Positions 1 to 6,600 of a stretch of DNA of 64,000 nucleotides are shown here, one piece after another (position 1 is the stretch's first letter; each line of letters starts with the position of its first letter). Source of the DNA: Rhizobiaceae bacterium. GTDB lineage: Bacteria > Pseudomonadota > Alphaproteobacteria > Rhizobiales > Rhizobiaceae. The stretch is taken from the NCBI GenBank assembly GCA_965227645.1, contig OZ245773.1, forward strand, positions 5,041,242 to 5,105,241. The letters run 5' to 3'. The notes beneath the pieces are model-generated. The model saw nothing but the letters and a program-made list of their open reading frames with translations, had not been told where the DNA came from and did no database searches. The position numbers and the translations under genes are program-made.

Positions 1-249
1 TCGTATGGGTATCCGCCGAAGGATAACATTCGCTCCTTCACGGGGTGCGGGTGAGCGGTCTTATACTCAGCCGTGTGTCTGTGAGTCCCCCCCGATTCAC
101 AGACCACCCGCTTTATGGCATGACACGTCTCCGATGGTTCCTTCTACATGACCCGTGGAATCACAAACCCCCGGAAAACACCAGGGGTTTGTTAGTGGTC
201 ATAACGGCAAGGAACATTACCGCTCTGAGTACTTAGATGCCGATGCACC

Positions 250-519
250 CTAGTAGAGGGTTGTGCAACCTGCGTAGCCCACCTCGACATAGTTGTTGCG
301 CCAGCAGATGATGTACATCGACGCTACTTCAACATCGCTCGAAGTGGTGCGGTTCTGCCCTTTCAGATCAGGAAGCGATGGAACCTCAACCACATGATTG
401 TTTTTGATCTCATGAGGTGCGATTTTGCCATCGCCGTTATCAACGTTGGCCATCGCGGGCATGGTTATCCCCCCGACCAAGGACAGCGCCATCAAGACGC
501 GAAGAGTTAGTTTCTGCAT
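250..519 (-). CDS. Small secreted protein of unknown function (89 aa)
   Basis: Internal ATG at 519 of ORF 250..639, with GGAGG (rc of 527-531) 7 nt upstream. MQKLTLRVLMALSLVGGITMPAMA looks like a Sec signal peptide. The C-terminus has a cysteine pair, CWRNNYVEVGYAGC. No family recognised. Confidence 0.5.
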   Translation of the reverse strand: MQKLTLRVLMALSLVGGITMPAMANVDNGDGKIAPHEIKNNHVVEVPSLPDLKGQNRTTSSDVEVASMYIICWRNNYVEVGYAGCTTLY

Positions 520-565
520 TGGATTACCTCCATAGTGGGACCGCCGTGAAATTCGGATCGAACTC

Positions 566-712
566 TTAGTGATTATCGACCCAGCGGCAGGAATGGCCAT
601 CATTGGTGCACTGGCAGACGTACCAGTGAGCTTTGGCATCTATGATACCGTAGACCATGCAACCAGATACAATTGCCATGGTAACGGCAAACGATTTGAA
701 GGCATGCATCAT
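566..712 (-). CDS. 48-aa cysteine-rich exported or lipo-peptide, unknown function
   Basis: ATGATG at 707-712 (rc) preceded by AAGGAG. MMHAFKSFAVTMAIVSGC resembles a signal peptide with a lipobox-like VSGC. The mature part contains CQCTNDGHSC. It lies 46 nt upstream of the 250..519 gene on the same strand. Confidence 0.4.
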   Translation of the reverse strand: MMHAFKSFAVTMAIVSGCMVYGIIDAKAHWYVCQCTNDGHSCRWVDNH

Positions 713-1003
713 GACGTTCTCCTTCCATGGGTTGGCTTTCGTCACACGACGACATTGTTGTTTTTCACCTGAACTGAACATGAACGAGATGAATGTGCGC
801 GTGAGGATGCGGTAATCGCACTTCTCTTGCCCGTGCATTTTTGCTTCACGCAATGATGAGGCAGTTGGTCGTTGCGCATCCCTTGCCCGTTCGGAAGCAA
901 CTGCTCGATACGCGGCCTCCGGCCGATGCTGCGCGCCACGGGCGGGCAGGTACGGCTGCTTGCCTTCAAGTAGAGTTAACGGAATATTCGTACATTTTGT
1001 GCA

Positions 1004-1032
1004 TTGACTACAATTCGTACGAATTGTACAAA
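1004..1032 (+). promoter_or_regulatory. Sigma70-like promoter with a 20-bp perfect palindrome operator in the spacer (TA autoregulation site)
   Basis: TTGACT (1004-1009), a 17-nt spacer, then TACAAA (1027-1032). TACAATTCGTACGAATTGTA at 1009-1028 is its own reverse complement. It lies just upstream of the Phd-like gene. Confidence 0.6.
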
Positions 1033-1065
1033 ATGCGCATCACGGCAAAAGGCAGTGAACGAAAA

Positions 1066-1356
1066 ATGACCATACAGGACACAAAGCAAGCACAAACAAC
1101 GCAAATGCCTACTTTCACAGCAACGGAGGCCCGCAACAAATTTTCTGACATCTTCAATCAAGCCCACTACGGAGGAGGCGTGCTTATTGAAAAGCATGGC
1201 AAGCGTGTAGCAGTTGTACCTTTAGAGATACTTGATCGGCTAGCCGAGCTTGAAGCTCTAATTGACAGCGCTGACGCTCAAAGGGCCTTGGATGAATTTC
1301 ACCAAATGGGAGGAACGTCATTGAATGATCTTGAAAAGGAGTTGGAGGGTGACTGA
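1066..1356 (+). CDS. Phd/YefM-family type II antitoxin
   Basis: PTFTATEARNKFSDIFNQAHYGGGVLIEKHGKRVAVVPLE is a typical Phd/YefM N-terminus. The start is uncertain: ATG 1066 or ATG 1105. ATG 1033 is excluded by the promoter position. Confidence 0.8.
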   Translation: MTIQDTKQAQTTQMPTFTATEARNKFSDIFNQAHYGGGVLIEKHGKRVAVVPLEILDRLAELEALIDSADAQRALDEFHQMGGTSLNDLEKELEGD

Positions 1357-1376
1357 CTCCAAGTTTGGGAGGGGAC

Positions 1377-1727
1377 ATGTCCTCTACAGAAGTGATAATT
1401 TCTCCCGCTGCAAAGCGCGAGATTAAGAAACTTACCAAGGCCCGTCGGAGGCAAACAATTGAATTGCTTCGGGCGCTAGAAACAGGCTCGGAGACCCTTG
1501 TGATCGAAAAGATTAAAGGGTACCCGAGCTTTTTTCGTATTCGCCGGGCAGACATGCGCGTCGTCTATCATCAATTGACAGGGAGCCGCTTGGTCGTGTT
1601 GGTGGTGAGAGACCGGAAAGATGCTTATCGTGGGCTTGGTGACCTAGACCGTAAGCTGTTTACCGCCCTGCAGGTGTTGGGCGAAACACAAAACCCCGCA
1701 GCACAAAGGTATCAGAGGCCGACGTGA
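1377..1727 (+). CDS. RelE/ParE-family type II toxin
   Basis: GYPSFFRIRRADMRVVYHQLTGSRLVVLVVRDRKDAY matches the RelE/ParE core pattern. ATG 1377 follows GGGAGG. It begins about 20 nt after the antitoxin stop. Confidence 0.8.
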   Translation: MSSTEVIISPAAKREIKKLTKARRRQTIELLRALETGSETLVIEKIKGYPSFFRIRRADMRVVYHQLTGSRLVVLVVRDRKDAYRGLGDLDRKLFTALQVLGETQNPAAQRYQRPT

Positions 1728-1740
1728 TGCACCGATTTTA

Positions 1741-2700
1741 TCAGTTCCACAGCGGCAGCTTGTCCCAACCATTTGGAAATCCGGCATCCCTCAAGCTAAT
1801 GTTTGGCGCGCCTTGCGGAAAGGTTGCGACATGGTCTCTAAGCCGGTCTGCCCATTTTGTTCTGGGATTGATCTCTCTCAACAAGTACCGCATGACGGCT
1901 AAAGTTGCGTAGATCCTTTTGTTGGTGCCGGGTGCATTTGCCAGATGGTCTAGGTCAGGAGCCTCCCCCGCTCTAGGTATGGCAGGTTGGTTTACCACCG
2001 GTTTATTCCATAACCGTGAATGGTGAGCACAGATATTGCGGACGTTGCAAAGCGACCGTACCCAAGACTGGATCAGGCGAAAACTAGTTCCCCCGTAGCT
2101 TGCAGATATCTTCTGCTGTTCTGCATTTTGTAGTTTGGAGAGAGCAATCGACAATGGACTGAAATCAAGCAGCTCGACAGCAATCCAAATTGGCATAAAT
2201 TCGCCCTGGTATTTCGTTCTGAAATGTTCGGCAAACTCCTCTTTGGAATGGGCTGCTTTTTCGTCAAGCTTGTGCAGCCATTCTTGATACATGGACTGCG
2301 TTTTCGGCGGTTGAAACTGGGAAAATCGCCTATTGAAGTTGCCTTGATCCCGATGGGCCAAGGGATCAATCGCTCCTAGTGCTAGTGCAAATTCGCTCCG
2401 TACAGAAACCTCAATTCTCTCAATTGCGTCAAGAACTATCAGACGCAATGTCTTATCGAACGCGTACAGGTCTGTTGCGTGCTTGAAAGTGGTGTTTGGT
2501 TTAAATTGGTCTCTAAGAAAATGATCTCCGTTTTCATCTTGGCCGAGTTGCCTGAACGGAAACCAGTATGCACTCAGCCTATAATACCCAATACGCTGCA
2601 GATACTCGACGCATTTTGCCGAGTCTTCTATATTCATTCCGCGACCTTTTAAGAGGTCACGCTGCCTGATTACAGTTAGGTAGGGTTTAGTGTAGCGCAT
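1741..2700 (-). CDS. Abi_2 family (AbiD/AbiF-like) abortive infection protein
   Basis: IGYYRLSAYWFPF, LYAFDKTLRLIVLDAIERIEVSVR, MPIWIAVELLDFSPLS and VRNICAHHSRLWNK are hallmark Abi_2 blocks. Confidence 0.85.
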   Translation of the reverse strand: MRYTKPYLTVIRQRDLLKGRGMNIEDSAKCVEYLQRIGYYRLSAYWFPFRQLGQDENGDHFLRDQFKPNTTFKHATDLYAFDKTLRLIVLDAIERIEVSVRSEFALALGAIDPLAHRDQGNFNRRFSQFQPPKTQSMYQEWLHKLDEKAAHSKEEFAEHFRTKYQGEFMPIWIAVELLDFSPLSIALSKLQNAEQQKISASYGGTSFRLIQSWVRSLCNVRNICAHHSRLWNKPVVNQPAIPRAGEAPDLDHLANAPGTNKRIYATLAVMRYLLREINPRTKWADRLRDHVATFPQGAPNISLRDAGFPNGWDKLPLWN

Positions 2701-2849
2701 AAAATGAGAAGGCCGCCCATAACCTCGGAAGGTCAGAGGGGACGGCCATAATGTCCCTTATATGAGTCGAATCGCATGCCATGTCAATAAGAGAAATTAC
2801 AACCATTCATACGGAAAATTAAATTTTATGTGCATTTTACGCGCAATCA

Positions 2850-3341
2850 TCACAAGCAGGTTACCGCTTTCTCTTTGATCTTCTCTTCCCAATCTTCACC
2901 CAAAACTTGCCGGGCATCTAGCGCGTTGGCTGCCTCCGGATCGTCCGCATTGAACATCTTCACGAAAAGCTGCTGATTGTGGGAGCCGCCATAGATCGGC
3001 GTACCGCCTGTTGATGTGGTAAACGAGGTGCCGCTAAATGTGCCGTACCCACCGTATCCTCCAGAGATCGTGCCACTGGCGGTGGTGGTTGACCTGACGG
3101 GCGTTGTACCAACTACCCGAATATCACTCCGGGAATCTGCGCCGACGATATAAAACCTGTCGTAACCCCGGTTGATCGTCTCAACAGCACCCTGCCTCAA
3201 CGCAACTTTCTGTGCGCCTTCTGGCCCACATGCCGGCGCAGCTCTGGCTGTGATCTGAACAAGATCATTACTCATCGGCAGTGTTGAGACAGATGCGCAA
3301 GACGCCAGCATCAAGGCTAAAGGCACAATGAGGTATTGCAT
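2850..3341 (-). CDS. Lipoprotein, unknown function (163 aa)
   Basis: ATG 3341 follows AGGGGG. MQYLIVPLALMLASC carries a lipobox (LASC). The middle is Gly/Thr/Ser-rich. The longer ORF start at 3380 has no RBS. Confidence 0.65.
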   Translation of the reverse strand: MQYLIVPLALMLASCASVSTLPMSNDLVQITARAAPACGPEGAQKVALRQGAVETINRGYDRFYIVGADSRSDIRVVGTTPVRSTTTASGTISGGYGGYGTFSGTSFTTSTGGTPIYGGSHNQQLFVKMFNADDPEAANALDARQVLGEDWEEKIKEKAVTCL

Positions 3342-3475
3342 GATATTCCCCCTAGAATTGAGGAACGTTAATTCATACACGCAATAGAGTCTATTAGTTC
3401 TGGCATGAACGAGTTTCTATACGGCCCGGAATGAGATAGGCATCTAAGAGCGGAATCCGCTTCCCGCCCAGCTCT

Positions 3476-4069
3476 GTGTCTCTTGACGTTAATGAGGTTG
3501 GGTCGCTTCTTACAGAGCACTCTGTCTTTACGCACGGTGACGCCATGGATGTATTTAGCTTATTTTCGGACGATCCAAGTTTTGTTCAAAAACTATGCAT
3601 GCAGCCAAAAACGGCTTTTGCCTACACGTGTGAGCAATGGGCCTGGTACAGTAACCACGCTTCTCGTAATTGGTTTCTATTCAGATTGGCAGGGATCTGT
3701 GCAATCGTTTCTGGGATAGCGATTACGTATCTTTCTGCCACTCTAAAATCCAGACAAACAATATGGCGGTTTGATACAACAAATCTTATTGCCGGTCTCG
3801 CCCTGATTGGTGTGGTTTCCGTGTCTCTATCGGATTTCTTTGGGTGGCGTTCATCGTGGGAAAGCTATCGACTGGCCCAAATAGAACTTGAGGCTCTGAT
3901 TGTCGAAGCTGACGCCCGTGAGCGCAAACTAGAGAACGCGAAAAGTTCATCAACAGAGACGCAGCTTAGGTTAGAAATAACCAAACGTACACGCGACATT
4001 GTTTTGACCGAGACCAATCGCTACTACACCAAAATTCCAGATTCTCCGCCTTCGCCAGGAGGCAAATAG
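3476..4069 (+). CDS. SLATT/DUF4231-like two-TM protein
   Basis: Two hydrophobic helices (FLFRLAGICAIVSGIAITYLSATL and LIAGLALIGVVSVSLSDFFGW) are followed by WESYRLAQIELEALIVE and a charged helix, as in DUF4231/SLATT. The start is uncertain (GTG 3476, ATG 3545 or ATG 3599) and no clear RBS is present. Confidence 0.5.
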   Translation: MSLDVNEVGSLLTEHSVFTHGDAMDVFSLFSDDPSFVQKLCMQPKTAFAYTCEQWAWYSNHASRNWFLFRLAGICAIVSGIAITYLSATLKSRQTIWRFDTTNLIAGLALIGVVSVSLSDFFGWRSSWESYRLAQIELEALIVEADARERKLENAKSSSTETQLRLEITKRTRDIVLTETNRYYTKIPDSPPSPGGK

Positions 4070-4157
4070 AGATCCACGAAGGCAGGCCACCTCCGCCTCT
4101 TAAACCGCGCCCTGCACCGCTGCCGTTCACCTGTCCCAAAAACACTTTCAGAAGGGT

Positions 4158-4340
4158 CTAATCGCTAGGCCAACGTTTGAAAGCCAACATCCAAAGCAGG
4201 ATTAGGTTCACCAGTGGGATGATCATCAATATTGAAAGAGCTGGAGGCCAGCCAGCTCTTGGGAAGATTTTCCAATACGGAACTATGAAGACGATTAAAT
4301 AGACAACGATCATCAACTGCCAAATAGAGAAAGTACCCAT
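4158..4340 (-). CDS. 60-aa two-TM membrane protein
   Basis: GGAG lies 9 nt upstream of ATG 4340. IWQLMIVVYLIVFIVPYW and LSILMIIPLVNLILLWMLAF are two TM helices joined by KIFPRAGWPP. Confidence 0.6.
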   Translation of the reverse strand: MGTFSIWQLMIVVYLIVFIVPYWKIFPRAGWPPALSILMIIPLVNLILLWMLAFKRWPSD

Positions 4341-4473
4341 ACATTAACTCCAAAGAATTCTGGTTTCGTGCCCGCCAGTATAACGACTACCAATTTGCAA
4401 TACTCGATTATGCGCCTTTGCTGCGCGCTTTAAGTCTCACCCCTGCACCACCGCCGTTCTCGGGGATTAGCTG

Positions 4474-5841
4474 CTATTGGGGTAACTGAAGGCTGTCGAC
4501 AACTTGATTTGCGATTGTGGTGATCACGTCTTGGCGATCATGAAAGTTATAGCGGAACATCTCTTGACCGAAGTTTTCTAGTTCAGGGGGCAGTTCATCT
4601 GCTAAAGCCCATGTCCACCATTGGCATATGAACTTCCGATCATGTTCCTCATTAGGATCTTTTATTGTCTTCGTTTCTGAGATTTGGAAATATTCCATCA
4701 CATCTTGCAGCTCTAAACGGCCCTGTTTTGCCTTTCGAAATAATTCAGGCTTTTCAAGTTTCAGAACAATTAAGCCGCCAAGTATAGGCCCTAACCTTGG
4801 GTAGTTTGCATGTGTAAACGCAAATGTGGTTGCTATAAGAGTAAAGATACGATCGATTGAACGGAGAGACAGATTTTTCAAGCGGGCAAAACGAGTGATA
4901 AAGTCGATTGTTAGTTCTACGTCTCGCGTTCGTGGTATTTCCAAAGTCATCCAAAGATGCTTCGCATAATCCTCTATTGAAGAGTCTCGGTAGTTTTTTC
5001 TAGGGAAGGAATTAACGACGATGATATTTATGAATTTTTTTAGGTAGTCATGAGCATCAATATCTGAGCCGTATGCAAATCGGACAGAGGCTTTCAATTG
5101 TTCTAGATGCACTCCTAAAACAAAGTGGACGTTTGGCACTGATAAAAAATGCTTAATCCTCTCAAGGATAGCGAGAGCAAAATATGGTTTGCACCGATCC
5201 AGTTCGTCGATGATGAACACAAGAGGCTTTGCTTCGCCGTCAACTTTGCTGGACAATAGTGTGGGAATTTTGCTTAGGGTTTCGCGAAAAGTTTCGACGA
5301 CAAGCTTCTCTTCTTCGACATTGTCGAACATCTGATCAATGTATTTAGATGCCAGATCAGAACCTTCCGATTGAATATCTTTCGCAACGTCTTCAAATTT
5401 TTCTACGTCCAGGACGCCGGCAGTCGCGGAACGCAACAGTGTATTGGCTCCGACACGCAAGCCACCCTTTAACAACAAGACACCCAATGCCTTGGCGGAA
5501 TGTTTAAATTGTTTTGATCTGTGATCGTTCCCTGCATCAAGCCGCTGAGCTTCGGCTACCAATTCGCGCGTAAGTGCCGTGAACGCGTCTTCTATATAAT
5601 CATTAGCAAATGCATCAAAATGCACTACCGGAAAGCCCGCATTTCGCAGTTCCCCCGCCCACATCCGGAGAAACGTGGTTTTCCCTGATCCCCATGGGCC
5701 ATCAAAAGCCATAACCAATGGATCTTCAGACGAGGCGACTAGATTAGTCATTCCATTCGCCAAATGTGAGCGACCAAACAAATCCTTCTCTGAGAATCCT
5801 TCATTCTCAGAGATTTCTAAAGGCGAAACAAAGAACTTCAT
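4474..5841 (-). CDS. KAP-family P-loop NTPase
   Basis: Walker A FDGPWGSGKTTFLRMW and Walker B region LVFIIDELDRCKPYFALAILERIKHF are the classic KAP NTPase signature. Confidence 0.85.
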   Translation of the reverse strand: MKFFVSPLEISENEGFSEKDLFGRSHLANGMTNLVASSEDPLVMAFDGPWGSGKTTFLRMWAGELRNAGFPVVHFDAFANDYIEDAFTALTRELVAEAQRLDAGNDHRSKQFKHSAKALGVLLLKGGLRVGANTLLRSATAGVLDVEKFEDVAKDIQSEGSDLASKYIDQMFDNVEEEKLVVETFRETLSKIPTLLSSKVDGEAKPLVFIIDELDRCKPYFALAILERIKHFLSVPNVHFVLGVHLEQLKASVRFAYGSDIDAHDYLKKFINIIVVNSFPRKNYRDSSIEDYAKHLWMTLEIPRTRDVELTIDFITRFARLKNLSLRSIDRIFTLIATTFAFTHANYPRLGPILGGLIVLKLEKPELFRKAKQGRLELQDVMEYFQISETKTIKDPNEEHDRKFICQWWTWALADELPPELENFGQEMFRYNFHDRQDVITTIANQVVDSLQLPQ

Positions 5842-5880
5842 CGTTTTCCCGAGTGTTTGATGAGCCGCAAACGCTATGGG

Positions 5881-6120
5881 TTATTGGCTTTGGCTTCGAT
5901 GCTTGAGGCGTGCGCCAGTACCATCACCGTTTGTGATTTCAACCGAATGTGTGGCGAAGGCATCAATTATCTTCGCCTGAGTAGAATCTGACGCCTTCCC
6001 AGTCAGTTCAAATCGATGAACTGTCGAAAAGGCAATCCCGGCGTTCTCCGCCAAGTCACGTACAGACCATCTCAAAATTGCACGAGCCGCACGATTGGCT
6101 TCGGGCGTCAGCTTCACCAT
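5881..6120 (-). CDS. XRE-type helix-turn-helix transcriptional regulator (79 aa)
   Basis: Internal ATG 6120 follows GAGG. RAARAILRWSVRDLAENAGIAFSTVHRFELTG is an HTH_XRE pattern. It lies 39 nt upstream of the KAP gene on the same strand. Confidence 0.75.
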   Translation of the reverse strand: MVKLTPEANRAARAILRWSVRDLAENAGIAFSTVHRFELTGKASDSTQAKIIDAFATHSVEITNGDGTGARLKHRSQSQ

Positions 6121-6138
6121 TGCAAACCTCAAAATGAA

Positions 6139-6185
6139 TACAAGTGTATTGACAACTACACTTGTAGTTATTAGATACAAGTGTA
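6139..6185. promoter_or_regulatory. Three copies of a 10-bp operator-like motif in a divergent promoter region
   Basis: TACAAGTGTA (6139-6148), its reverse complement TACACTTGTA (6157-6166), and TACAAGTGTA (6176-6185). TTGACA at 6149-6154 is a -35 candidate for the plus-strand operon. Confidence 0.6.
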
Positions 6186-6209
6186 TCGAAGATAGGGGAG
6201 TTTCCGGCA

Positions 6210-6533
6210 ATGTTCAACATGGAATACGAGTTCGACGAGATCGGCCTGCAGATTGGCGCTGCCGAGGTGGCTCTGTTCTCCGGTACGGCCACGCTGGACA
6301 ATGACCCTGGCTATGGCGACGGATCTTCCTACGGCTTCACTGTCACAGGCATAACGCTGGACGGCGCTGCGCCGAACGACTGGCGCGACAAGCGCTCCAT
6401 CGACATCCACGCAAAGCATGACGACCCGTTCTGCCGGGCGCTGTTCGAGAAGCTGGCTGAAGCGCTCTCCAACAGCAGCGATGCACGGGAGGCATTCTTC
6501 GAGGAATTGGCGGACCATCAAATGGCCGCCTGA
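6210..6533 (+). CDS. Hypothetical acidic protein (107 aa)
   Basis: ATG 6210 has GGGGAG 9 nt upstream. First gene of a plus-strand operon. No family recognised. Confidence 0.55.
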   Translation: MFNMEYEFDEIGLQIGAAEVALFSGTATLDNDPGYGDGSSYGFTVTGITLDGAAPNDWRDKRSIDIHAKHDDPFCRALFEKLAEALSNSSDAREAFFEELADHQMAA

Positions 6534-6600
6534 TAGCGGGCTGATCGGGTGCTGCAACACTCAATCAGCCCTTCACCACAACCAGCTTAAGGAGACTAGC

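Noticed and set aside
163-192. 9-bp-stem hairpin as a rho-independent terminator for the 89-aa gene
   Set aside because: No U/T tract follows the stem on either strand. It is kept only as part of the structured-region observation.
45-236. 63-aa plus-strand ORF at the window start
   Set aside because: It has no RBS and an odd composition, and it spans the two hairpins. It is more likely non-coding.
30-249. Known riboswitch (TPP, guanidine-I/ykkC, cobalamin) or group II intron domain V
   Set aside because: The conserved cores are not present by eye: TPP CTGAGA...ACCTGATCTGGATAATGCCAGC, the ykkC GGGA/ACACGGCGGG context, the B12 box. The 77-104 hairpin has a 12-nt loop rather than the 34-nt domain V with a GNRA tetraloop.
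566-853. Full 95-aa version of the small cysteine-rich ORF
   Set aside because: The upstream 47 aa lack an RBS. The internal ATGATG at 707-712 has a strong AAGGAG and begins a signal-peptide-like segment.
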